A DNA stretch of 36,354 nucleotides from Clostridiales bacterium UBA4653. GTDB taxonomy: Bacteria; Bacillota; Clostridia; Oscillospirales; CAG-272. The stretch lies in contig DHMB01000020.1 of the NCBI GenBank assembly GCA_002405565.1, positions 8,241 to 44,594 of the forward strand, written 5' to 3'. The notes beneath the pieces are model-generated. The model was given only the letters and a program-made list of their open reading frames with translations. It was not told the origin of the DNA and did not search any database. The translations under genes and the position numbers were made by a program. Below, one piece after another: positions 17,903 through 28,200 of this stretch; the stretch's first letter is position 1, and each line of letters opens with the position of its first letter.

Positions 17903-20900
17903 GTGTTTTCAAAAAGGATTATCCGCATTCTGGCGCTGTGTATTGCCGCTGTATTTCTGATGGCATGCATACCGATGTCAGCCGCGCAGGCGAGCGAGGC
18001 GGAGGCGTCATACAAACGGAAGATTATTTCCGTTGTATATGACAACTCCGGCTCAATGGAGGTGCAGAGCAGAATAAATTATGCGCAGTATTCTCTTCAG
18101 ATACTGCTTTCAATGCTCGGCAGCGGCGACATTCTGACGATATCTCCGATGAACCCCGTCTCGGACGAAGAGCCGACGATTGAGGTCAAGCTCCAGGACG
18201 GAGACTGCAGCAATAAGATAAAGGAGATTGTCAACCGCAGGTCTATTACAAAGGCAAACGGCGGCACGCCGTTCGGAGCGGTTGAAAGAGCTGTCGAAGA
18301 GCTTGAAAAGCGCGGACTGAAAAAGGTTGAGGACGCGGGCGATGTTGAGCAGAGCGACGAATTCTGGCTCGTCATCCTGACGGACGGCTCGTTTGACTCG
18401 CTGGCGTCGCAGAGCAAGCTCGAGGACGCGATCGGCAAGCTGATCGGCAAATACAGCTCGCTCAGAACAATCTATCTCGGAATAGGCAGCAGCGCCGTGG
18501 ATCTTTCCTCCGGCAAGCTTGCGACTTCCGCGTCATTTACCGCACTGAAAGCGGGCGAAAAGACTTCGTTTGTTGAAAAAATGCAGACGATATGCAACAT
18601 AATGTCCGGAAGATACGCGCTCCAGCAGGATTCGTATACTATAAAAGGAAACAAGGTCACTCTTGACTTTGACAGAGCCGATTTCCCGTTCCGCACGGTT
18701 TCCGTCCTGCTTCAGGACTGCGCCGCGGAGCTCAGGGATATAAAATATAACGGAAAGAGCATTGAGCCGTCGCAGTTCAGCGTTCTGTCCGGTAACCCGA
18801 AGGTCGGTATGGAGGACGGATACTCCGCCGTTATAAAGGGAACGCCGTATTTCTCGTCCGGAAAGATGGAGCTTGTGTTCTCGTCCGACATAAAGGCTGA
18901 GAATCTGACGGTCACGGGCGAGCCCGCGCTTACTATTCAGCCGTATTTCGAGTATCTGAAAGACGGGAAATGGGAAAGAACGGACATCCGTTATATAAAC
19001 AGTAATCTTACAAAAAACGACTCGATAAGAGTCGGATATGAAATTTATGAGCAGGCAAACGGCAAAAAGCTCAATCTTGCCTCCATCTTCGGTGACGTTG
19101 TGTCATACGTTTCGTATGCCGGCAACCGCTACGAAATAGAAGAGAAGATACCGCTTGTCGTCGGTACGAACGAAATCGGCATATCGGTAAGCGTTATGGG
19201 CGGAAGCTACTCGATGACATCATCTGCGATGTGTATCATAAGCGATAACCCGATGGCGTACCGCATTGAAGCGACGACAGAGGAAAAGCGTGAAGCTTCG
19301 TCAAACAAAATGCTTGTGAAGTTCACGGTCTACTCCGATGACAAGCCGCTCTCCAAAAAACAGCTTGAGGAATACACTCTCAAGCTCGGCGCTGTGAGAG
19401 AAAACGGCACCGACCTTCCGATGAGTTTTGAAATCAATTCATCCGGTATTGTTGTTGCCGAGGTCGACCTGAAGGACGTTCCGTCCGGCGAAAAATGCAC
19501 TGTTTCGCTGAGAGTGACCTCTCCCTTGAACGTCTCACGCGAGAAAAAGGTGGAATTCAGCGTCAAGGCGAATATATCGAAGATCGACATAGGCCCCTCC
19601 GGTGATCTTTCATCAAAATCGTTCTCGCTTACACAGTATGAACTGCTCAGCAACAAAAACGGAATGGAATTCGTCCTCATGGCGAACGGTCAGGCTTATG
19701 ACTTCACAGCCTCCGGCGACATTTCTTATTCCGTTACGCTTGATGGCAGAGATATTACAAAATATACAAAAGCGGAAGGTAACAGACTGATATTCACCCC
19801 GACGCTTGAAAGCCTCGGAGACGAGGCGGGCAAGCCCGGAAAAAAGACGGTTGAGCTGACGGTTTCGTCAGTACTGAACCCCAAGGTTTCCGGAAAGGCA
19901 ACGGCGACTCTCGAGCTTCTGAAGTCCGAAATGACGGTGACCGTCAAAGCGGACGAGAGCCCGTTGAACATAACGCCGTATCAGCTCAAAAACAACGGGC
20001 GCGGATTTGAGTTTGTCATAAAGATTGACGGAAAGACTGTCGCTTTTGATGACGGAATCATTGATTGGCAGCTGACTCTCGGCGGAACGGATATAGGAAA
20101 GTACGCTACCGTAAGCGGCGGCGGACTCAGCTTTATCCCGACGGAGGAGAGCATGGGCGGAAGTACCTCTCTCGGCGGCAGAACCGCTTCCGTGAAGGCA
20201 TGGCTTAAGGAAATCCCGGATATATCGGCGTCGTGCGACGCTTCATGGAACATCGTCGACAGTCTTTGGGAGATCGTGATATTGCCGGGCACATCAGAGG
20301 TTGACCGCTTTGCGATAGAAGACAGCGGAGCTTCTTTCAAAGTAAAACTTATGAGAGACAAGGTCTGGCTCAGCGCCGAAGAGGCGCAGGCGCTCTTTGA
20401 ATCAGGCGCGCTCAGATTTGAATGCGGAATGATCGATAAGAACTTCCTGCTTCCTGTTGGCAAGGAGATAACCTTTGAAAGCGAAGACGGAGTCGGAATA
20501 ATAACATACAGCGTCACGCGCGATCAGATAAATCCCTTTGCAAGCTTTATGGCAATGCTTATTCCGAACGGCACGCGGACAGTAAACATTTTCTGCAACA
20601 CCGCAGAAAACAGCACAGACCTCTTCTTTGTGAAGAGCGCGGCATGGTCATACATATGGAGAATACTTGTTATTCTGCTGATAATTTATCTCATAGTATG
20701 GTTTGTGCTTGCGTTCAAGGTCAAGAGCTTCCCTTCGGGAAGAATTGTGACCGTTATAAGGAGCGGAGCGTATGCGAGATTTTCCAGCAAAGACCTGAAC
20801 AAGACGTTTATCGATAAATACTTGTGGCATCTTCAGCGCCTGCTCCCCTGGAAGCTGGCAACAAATCAGCCGGATCGTGACAAGGTCACATTCTCGTCCG

Positions 20901-21220
20901 GAATAACAACGAAGGGGTCGGCAAAATCAAGCGGAACCAAGGCGAAGCTGAAGATTAAAGGAAAGCCGCCGAAGAAGCTTTATAAGATATCGTTTGTAGG
21001 GCTTCCGACCGAAATTTATACGTACATGATGTCTTTCGGCAAACCTTCGATTGGCAAGGCGCCGGGGAAGATCAACGCAGACGATTTCTTCGGATGTGTT
21101 TCTCTTGAAGATGAGATAGAAAAATATCCCGATCTTTCAAGCGGAAAATATTATGCCGAAGTCGACGACAAAAAGGGAAAAGTAACAAAGGTTACTTATT
21201 ATATGAGAACAAATTTCTAA
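17903..21220 (+). CDS. Surface-exposed vWA-domain protein with Ig-like repeats, a single C-terminal TM anchor and a Lys-rich cytoplasmic tail
   Basis: 1105 aa. Signal peptide (...IPMSAAQA/SEA). Complete MIDAS: DNSGS (18041-18055), GGTPF, ILTDG. Beta-rich repeats include a clear ~100-aa tandem duplication (~19615-19920 vs ~19960-20220). TM helix WSYIWRILVILLIIYLIVWFVLAF (~20646-20717). ~165-aa tail includes KAKLKIKGKPPKK. GTG start. Confidence 0.85.
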   Translation: MFSKRIIRILALCIAAVFLMACIPMSAAQASEAEASYKRKIISVVYDNSGSMEVQSRINYAQYSLQILLSMLGSGDILTISPMNPVSDEEPTIEVKLQDGDCSNKIKEIVNRRSITKANGGTPFGAVERAVEELEKRGLKKVEDAGDVEQSDEFWLVILTDGSFDSLASQSKLEDAIGKLIGKYSSLRTIYLGIGSSAVDLSSGKLATSASFTALKAGEKTSFVEKMQTICNIMSGRYALQQDSYTIKGNKVTLDFDRADFPFRTVSVLLQDCAAELRDIKYNGKSIEPSQFSVLSGNPKVGMEDGYSAVIKGTPYFSSGKMELVFSSDIKAENLTVTGEPALTIQPYFEYLKDGKWERTDIRYINSNLTKNDSIRVGYEIYEQANGKKLNLASIFGDVVSYVSYAGNRYEIEEKIPLVVGTNEIGISVSVMGGSYSMTSSAMCIISDNPMAYRIEATTEEKREASSNKMLVKFTVYSDDKPLSKKQLEEYTLKLGAVRENGTDLPMSFEINSSGIVVAEVDLKDVPSGEKCTVSLRVTSPLNVSREKKVEFSVKANISKIDIGPSGDLSSKSFSLTQYELLSNKNGMEFVLMANGQAYDFTASGDISYSVTLDGRDITKYTKAEGNRLIFTPTLESLGDEAGKPGKKTVELTVSSVLNPKVSGKATATLELLKSEMTVTVKADESPLNITPYQLKNNGRGFEFVIKIDGKTVAFDDGIIDWQLTLGGTDIGKYATVSGGGLSFIPTEESMGGSTSLGGRTASVKAWLKEIPDISASCDASWNIVDSLWEIVILPGTSEVDRFAIEDSGASFKVKLMRDKVWLSAEEAQALFESGALRFECGMIDKNFLLPVGKEITFESEDGVGIITYSVTRDQINPFASFMAMLIPNGTRTVNIFCNTAENSTDLFFVKSAAWSYIWRILVILLIIYLIVWFVLAFKVKSFPSGRIVTVIRSGAYARFSSKDLNKTFIDKYLWHLQRLLPWKLATNQPDRDKVTFSSGITTKGSAKSSGTKAKLKIKGKPPKKLYKISFVGLPTEIYTYMMSFGKPSIGKAPGKINADDFFGCVSLEDEIEKYPDLSSGKYYAEVDDKKGKVTKVTYYMRTNF

Positions 21221-21248
21221 AAAAATTATTATTTAAGGAGATAAAACA

Positions 21249-24200
21249 ATGAAAAACATTCTTCTCATCGGTGTCGGAGGCACCGGCAGCAACGCGGTTG
21301 ACATTCTTACTCAGAAGAGAAAAGAATTCGGAAACCAGACAGGCAACAGAATTACATCGATCGTGTTTGATACGGACGCCGGCAGCGTTGAAAATATTTC
21401 AGCGGCTACCATTATTCCCATGACGGACAATGCAAGCGTCGGCACCATCTGCGACAGAATAGGCACTTCGTACCTGCGCGAATGGTTCCCCTGCGACGAC
21501 ACATGGGTGGATTACAAGTCCGTCAGAGCGCAGGAAATGGTCAGAGGCGCATCGCAGTGGCGTAAGAAATCGTTCCTTGCATTCGTCAACCTTATGAATA
21601 AGCCTATGGCGCGCAACACCTTTATCAATGCGCTTGAATCAATGGTCGCAAACCCCGGCGCTTCATGCGAGGTATATGTCATTTCCTCAGTTGCAGGCGG
21701 AACGGGCTCCGGTTCATTTATACCGATCGCTCTTTATACCAAGAGATATCTTCGTAAGTGCCTCGGAAAGGATCCGATCGTAAACGCTATGATCGCCCTT
21801 CCCGATATATATGCCGACAGTCAGACCCCCGATAACAAGGTCAAGGTCTATGCAAACGCATATGCGATTCTTCGTGAGCTCAACGCCATAAACCTTGTTG
21901 CTCACAACTTCAATGACGACAACAAGACAGAAAAGAAGGCTCCTGTCAAATTCCGCATAGGTGATCCGAGAGAGCCCAACGTAGGCGTTCTGTTTGATTC
22001 GGAAGACGAGCAATACTGGACGCCTGAAGCCGCTCCGTTTACGCAGATATTTATACTCGACCGTATTCCCGGACTGAAATCCATCTCGGCGCACGATATG
22101 GTAATGGCTGACTCGCTTTATACTCTGATTTGTACGGATATCGGCGCGGCATTCGACAGCGAAGCGTCAAACCATGAGATTCTTCATTCGCAGAGCAACG
22201 GCAGCAACGCCATTTATGCAGGAATTTCCACATCACAGATACGTTTCCCCAGAGAGACGATTCTTGAATATCTCTCCCGCAGAAAAGCTCTCGGCGATTG
22301 CGAAAAGGAATGGATGGTTCTCCATCGCAAGGTCGAGGCGACGATTGCAGAGAAGATTCAGCAGGCAAAAGATAACAATGACAGATACGTTCTCAAGGAC
22401 GGCGGTTATGCAGAGCTCGTTTTGCAGTCGCTTGCAGACCTTGCCGAGAACGGAACAGGTATTCTTGTCTCCGATATGGTTGACCGCGGTACAGCGGTTG
22501 TTGAAGACGGAAAGAAGACCGACAAGTCAACCGAAGAAAAGTTCTTCGCAGAGCTCAAAAAGGAAATCGACAAGAGAGTTCTTTCGGATGAGAGATATTT
22601 CGAGGAAAACTGCGAGCGGCCTGCTCCTGAAAAGGCAAGTGCCAAAGAAGCTGTTGTCGAGAGCGCAGAAGCATGGAGAGAAGAAGGTCTCTTTGAGTAC
22701 TTTGCAGAATGTGTAAGACTTATCAAGAATTCTTCCACGAGCCTTGCGGAAGCTGTTCTTTCTCTTGACGAAAACCGCGGAATGGGACTTAACAAGTCGC
22801 TCTCTGTAATCGAAACGCTCCTTAAAAAGGATAATAAGTTCATTCACCCCGTTGCAGCAATGGTACAGCTTTGCAGACTGAAATGTCATCTCGCCGATTT
22901 CCTCAAGATAGGAAAGGGTGACTTCCAGTGGGAAGAAATCAAGAAGAGATCTGTTGATTCGCTTCCCGCATGGGCATTGGAACTTGACGATGATAGCGCA
23001 CCTGTTGACGACAAGAAGATTGTCAGCCGCAGTGCATATGCAAAATCGACAAGCGGCGTACAGAGATTCTCCGATCTCTGCGACGACAGTGAAACATATC
23101 TTTCAAAACATACCGATGCGCGTTGTGACCACGAGTGCGTTGAGGCAGACGTCAAAACGCTTTTCAAGAAAATACGCAAGAGAGCTGTTGATCAGTTCCA
23201 GTATGCCGTATTCAAGAAAATTTCCGATAACCTTGATATACTCATAGAAAAATACCGCAACTTCTTCTCCCGTTTCGACAAGGAAAGAGAAGAGCTTGAA
23301 GAAGAAACAAAGACTGTTCTCCGCAAGGACTGCGGCACGGTCGACAGCATTATAAACGTATATTCTTCAATTGCGGATAAGGAAGAAATCCTCAGAGACG
23401 TATTCAAGAACGCAGGCCCCGAGAGCGAAGCTCAGCTTGCCGAGACGGATGATATTGCCGGCAAGGGCGTATTCGCCACGGCGTACGGCGCTGCTGTTGC
23501 CGCAAGCAAACAGGACGAAACATGGAACGAGAAGGACTCCCGCGCATACCGTTCGCTCTTTACGAACATGGTTGCCGCTTACAGAGAGTATATCGCAAAA
23601 TCCGACGCGTACGCGAAGATCGCTTCGTTCAACGTTGTTCAGGCGATAGAATGTTCCTGCAAGGACAAAGATAAGCTCGAATCCGAATTCCGCACATGCT
23701 TCTCGACGGCTCAGGAGCTTGCAACTCCTTCTCTCCGTATAAATACGGGCGACGCATGCAGCGATCTTGTCAAACCTTCAAACGTCGTTGTATTCATGAT
23801 GTCGCTTGAAACAGGTAAATACATAAAGAAGAACGCCGACAAGCTCGGACTTCACCTGCCCGCAAATCAGAACAAGGAAAGCACGGTTATCCGTTCTTGC
23901 GTTGAGGAATTTGTCCGCCGCTATTCGGGCGATGACAGCGTTCGCGTTTCGATCGTTGAAAATATGCCCGATGACGTGCTCTACTGCACAGGCGAGATCA
24001 TGGACATCAGCCCTCTCCGCATTGCAAAGTTTGATGAATGCGGAACAGACAACATCTATTTCAGAAATTACAAGCAGGCGCTCTTCAATGCGAAGAGATT
24101 CGGCACGGATATGTGGAATCCTCACATCGGCAAGGACTTGCACCGTCGCGGCTACCTGCCCTATATGAACGAGGCTATGGAGGAAGAATGTGACGTCAAG

Positions 24201-25124
24201 ATGGTAAAGGCGCTCCTCTTCGCTCTGTCGACCGGCGGAATAACTTACACGGCAAGCGGACTTGCACAGACAAACGATGTCTACTCATTCCGTTACATCA
24301 CCTCAAAGGGCGACGACAAGAGACCTGTATTCGGCCCCGATGGCGCAATGGTTCAGATGAAGAATGTTGCTCAGCTTGTTGCATGGCTCCGCAACGAAGA
24401 CGATCTTGTTGACAAGTGGAGCTCTGGATTTGATAATGCAATTCAGGATCAGCTCAATGCGCTTCCCAACATCGCAAGCAATTCCGAGGTTCCGCGCCTT
24501 GAAGCAGCGATCACAAACTCCAAGTTTATTTCGCAGCTCAAGACAATGCTCTTTGCAGATCCTTCCATGAAGTCTGCAGACGACGCTTCTCCGGACAAGA
24601 AGGTCGGGCTCGGAATACTTGAATTTGCATATTATGTCAGAACGAGCGAAGAATCCTCCAAGGACTGCGACGACGCAGAGAGAATTCTCAGAGTTGCATA
24701 TGACGTATTCAGGCAGTTCTGCGCATTCCGCGCAAACCCCGAGCTGAACCCCGAAAGATTTATTCAGGTATACCGTCAGCAGATCGGCAACATATTTGCC
24801 GGACTTGCAGGATCACGCATATTCCAGAAGGAAGCCAAGGAAGAATCGCGCAGGATCTATTTCGATCAGTTCGTTTCATGGCTCAACGGCGCAGGCGTGT
24901 TCCTCAACATCAGCAATTCGTCACCGATTGACGACAAGGGCAACGTATGCATAACGGATAAATTCGATTATTCCGAATATCCCGATGTCACAAAGGTGCT
25001 CAGGACGGCTGCACCGAAGAAGGCAGTCTCTGCGGACAAACAGCCTGCAGAGGTTGTTCCTTCCGATGACGATTACATCGACACAGACGATGTTGACGTA
25101 ACGGACGAAGACGAAACAAACTGA
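21249..25124 (+). CDS. Giant tubulin/FtsZ-superfamily (Tubulin_2/FtsZL-like) GTPase, canonical motifs, acidic C-terminal tail
   Basis: 1291 aa. T1-like MKNILLIGVGGTGSNAVD (aa 1-18). Tubulin signature AGGTGSG at aa 149-155 (21693-21713), a T1-T4 spacing like eukaryotic tubulin. Long helical extension. Ends PSDDDYIDTDDVDVTDEDETN. AAGGAG SD. Confidence 0.8.
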   Translation: MKNILLIGVGGTGSNAVDILTQKRKEFGNQTGNRITSIVFDTDAGSVENISAATIIPMTDNASVGTICDRIGTSYLREWFPCDDTWVDYKSVRAQEMVRGASQWRKKSFLAFVNLMNKPMARNTFINALESMVANPGASCEVYVISSVAGGTGSGSFIPIALYTKRYLRKCLGKDPIVNAMIALPDIYADSQTPDNKVKVYANAYAILRELNAINLVAHNFNDDNKTEKKAPVKFRIGDPREPNVGVLFDSEDEQYWTPEAAPFTQIFILDRIPGLKSISAHDMVMADSLYTLICTDIGAAFDSEASNHEILHSQSNGSNAIYAGISTSQIRFPRETILEYLSRRKALGDCEKEWMVLHRKVEATIAEKIQQAKDNNDRYVLKDGGYAELVLQSLADLAENGTGILVSDMVDRGTAVVEDGKKTDKSTEEKFFAELKKEIDKRVLSDERYFEENCERPAPEKASAKEAVVESAEAWREEGLFEYFAECVRLIKNSSTSLAEAVLSLDENRGMGLNKSLSVIETLLKKDNKFIHPVAAMVQLCRLKCHLADFLKIGKGDFQWEEIKKRSVDSLPAWALELDDDSAPVDDKKIVSRSAYAKSTSGVQRFSDLCDDSETYLSKHTDARCDHECVEADVKTLFKKIRKRAVDQFQYAVFKKISDNLDILIEKYRNFFSRFDKEREELEEETKTVLRKDCGTVDSIINVYSSIADKEEILRDVFKNAGPESEAQLAETDDIAGKGVFATAYGAAVAASKQDETWNEKDSRAYRSLFTNMVAAYREYIAKSDAYAKIASFNVVQAIECSCKDKDKLESEFRTCFSTAQELATPSLRINTGDACSDLVKPSNVVVFMMSLETGKYIKKNADKLGLHLPANQNKESTVIRSCVEEFVRRYSGDDSVRVSIVENMPDDVLYCTGEIMDISPLRIAKFDECGTDNIYFRNYKQALFNAKRFGTDMWNPHIGKDLHRRGYLPYMNEAMEEECDVKMVKALLFALSTGGITYTASGLAQTNDVYSFRYITSKGDDKRPVFGPDGAMVQMKNVAQLVAWLRNEDDLVDKWSSGFDNAIQDQLNALPNIASNSEVPRLEAAITNSKFISQLKTMLFADPSMKSADDASPDKKVGLGILEFAYYVRTSEESSKDCDDAERILRVAYDVFRQFCAFRANPELNPERFIQVYRQQIGNIFAGLAGSRIFQKEAKEESRRIYFDQFVSWLNGAGVFLNISNSSPIDDKGNVCITDKFDYSEYPDVTKVLRTAAPKKAVSADKQPAEVVPSDDDYIDTDDVDVTDEDETN

Positions 25125-25170
25125 CGACCGTATCATAAAACGACAAAAACTCAAAGACCGTAATATAAAA

Positions 25171-25201
25171 GCTGTTTTCCGCCATTGCGGCGGAAAACAG
25201 C
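25171..25201 (+). other. Perfect 13-bp stem-loop between the two tubulin-like genes
   Basis: gctgttttccgcc (25171-25183), loop attgc, ggcggaaaacagc (25189-25201). No downstream U-tract on the + strand. A second ggcggaaag copy at 25206-25214 overlaps the weak SD of the next gene. Confidence 0.6.
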
Positions 25202-25228
25202 CAGCGGCGGAAAGGCAGACCCGATACT

Positions 25229-28200
25229 ATGGAAGAACGGATTATTATAATCGGCGCGGGAAGAACGGGCTGTGAAGCTGTCAGCGCTTTTGCCGAAAAC
25301 AACCCCGGAAAAAAGAACATTTTTCCGATGTTTTTCGGAACCGACGCCGCGGCTCTCGACGAGCTTTCCGAAAACGGAGTATCACCGAAAAACATTTTCA
25401 GAATGACAAGTAAAAATACTTTCGGACAGATTGTCCGTGACCTTGGCGAGGGAATTTCCGATTGGTTTTCATGCACATATGAAAACTGCTATGGCGGTCA
25501 GAGGGCGATGGAGCATGGGTCGGGCTTTTCAAGGCTTAAAGCAATGGTTTCCTTTGTCGATTTTATAGCGCGCGGCGGCGACAAGACAATCGAAGAAAGA
25601 ATTTCGGAGGTCGCCGGCGATGAGGCGGAATACAAGGTCTATACCGTTGCCGCTCCTTCCGACGCAACGGGAGGAGAACTGTTTTTGCCGATAACCCTGT
25701 ATATTGCGAGAGCGCTTTGGCAGAAGGGCGTTCATGCGGAATACGGTCTTCTGCTTTCGTCCCCGACGGCATTGACGTCCGGCGGAATGAATGAAATGCA
25801 GATGACAAAAGTTTTTGGAAACGCTTATGCTTCGCTTCGTGAGCTGAACGCCGTTATGAGCGGGGCGGGCGGAGAAGAATTTTCGATTGGCTCCGAAAAC
25901 GACCCTTATATAGGTCAGCTTTATCCTATGCAGGGCGAATATTCCGAAAACAAAGGGCTGTTCTCGCATGTCTATGTTGTCGGTAAAATTCCCGGCGTGT
26001 TTACGGCGTCGGGGCACATTTCGGTCATTTCCGACATGCTGTTTTTCCTTACGTCAGACATCGCACAGAGAACGCTTTCCGCGCGTAATGACAACGCTTT
26101 TACGTTTTTGTCGTCGGCATCGTTAGATTTTCCCGCCGGAAGGGCAATTGATTATATTGTTGACAGGGCGGTCTGCGATGATATTTTGCAGAGCATGAGC
26201 GCTTGCGGAAATCTTTCGGCTTATGCAGAGGAGATGCTCGGTTCGGAGGAGAAGAAAGCGCCGAGAGAGGATCAGAACATTCCTGAGAGCCTTTTTGCGA
26301 TTTTCGAAAACGAAAGTGTCATTTCGGATTACATAAACGCGCTTATCGAAGCTACGGAATTTACGGATGACGCACCGGTTTTCGATACCGAATGTGCGAC
26401 TCTGACCGAAGGCGGGCTCTGCCGCCGTCTGTTTGACGTAAAGAGCAAAACAACTGAAAAAACGGACAAATTCAATGCAATTGTTACGGATTGCAAAAAG
26501 GAGCTTTCCTCCTATGCCGAGGCGTTCCGTCTGCACACCGTGCGCGTTTGCGGATTATTGTCCGAAAAAGTATTTCCGGCGGGCGCGGAGGGCGAGCTTT
26601 CGTTTGCATCCGCGATCGGAATCGGATCATGTCGGCTCGATGTGGTATTTGCGCGGCTTTGCACATTCCGCAAGGTGCTGGCAAAAGTCATCGACGACAA
26701 AAAATGTAATCTTATAAAGATGAAGACGGGCGAGAGCATAAGCGAATATACAGACCGCGCGACATCGGAGCGCATGCCCGTCATAAGAACCGACGGAGAG
26801 TATCTGTTGACGACGGAAAAAAACATAACGAAAGAAAAATGCGAATCGCTTGCGTCCGTGCTGAAAAGAGCGGGGGACGATATCCGCACCATGGCAAACC
26901 TTCGGATGCGATATGCGGTGCTTGAACTGCTTTCCGACTTTACGGACAGGTTGATTTCGGAGGGCAAGCGGCTTATCTCCGATTTTAAGGAGGTCATCTC
27001 GGATTACGGAGCTTCGGGAGCGGACAGAGAAGAGCTGACCGAGCTTGAAAGTCGCTATGAGGATATATATAAAGAGATGCGCGGGGCTTTGGCGGAGACG
27101 GTTGCCGGCGGAATTTCGGATGTGACGGTTTCGGTCGTTTCCGGAATTTACGGAAGTGTCTTGGGCATAAATGACGGCACGCCCGAGCGGGAGCCCGCAT
27201 ACAAAATTTACTGCGGCGAGAAGGAAAGAGCGATAAAAGCCGCTGCCGAAGGCGATGTTATGCGTATTTTGCGACGCAAAAGCGTAACGGAGCTTATGCC
27301 GCAGAAAACGGAAAATGATTTCGGCGCATACCTTTCGTCGATAGCCGACAGGGCGATGCCGGTGTTTTCATACTCCGAAAACCGAGCCTGCGAGAGCCGT
27401 CCGCGCAGAGGCGTGATTACGGTGCTTCCGCGCGAAGCGGCGGAAGCAATTGCCGCAAAGGAAGACGGAGACGCGCCGAAGAGCGCAGAGGACGCGGTCA
27501 GAGATTATCTTGTCAGACACAAGTGTCTTGATTCCGAGTTTGCCGTCTGTGACGGGTTGTCGGCTTTCAGAATTATCTGCTTCGGATTTGCCGAAAATCT
27601 TTCGCTCGAGAATTTTACACTTGTACGCGAGTCGGACAAGGACGCGAAATGGTATGAAGAATACCTCAAATGTCTTGAAAATGAAAGTAAATTCAGGTCT
27701 GTCCTGTGGCACCCGTACATTTCATCCTGCACAAGGGGAATACCGCCGTGCATAGACAAAGAGTTTGAAAAATCGCGCAATGCACAGATCTGCAAAGCGC
27801 TTGTATATATGTTCATCGGAAACGGATTTTCCGCAGAATATGATGAGAGATCCGGTAAAAAGGTTGTTTTCCGTGATGAAGGCGGACGAAAGTATCCGCT
27901 CTCTGTCGACGGAAAGAGCATTGCCGCGGGGGATTTTTGCGGCATGACGGATTATCTTGTGTCAAACGAGCCGGTTGCAAGAGATATGGCATTGGCGTTT
28001 GACGAATATATCGACCGTAACTGCGCGGAGACCGTAAAAAACATATCCGGCTCCGATGAAAACGATAATTTGATTGATTGCGCACTTATGCGGGCGCTCC
28101 GCGGTAACGGCGAGCGTGCGGAAGAAAAGCTGCCGCTTTCGGAAATGCTTCTTAAATATCTTTCCGTCGGGGGAAAACTGGCGGAAGGAATTGCGGACGC

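Noticed and set aside
17903-17990. A possible lipobox (FLMAC) in the vWA protein signal peptide.
   Set aside because: The -2 Met is atypical, and a classic AQA/S signal peptidase I site follows. I cannot decide without a predictor, so I describe it only as a signal peptide.
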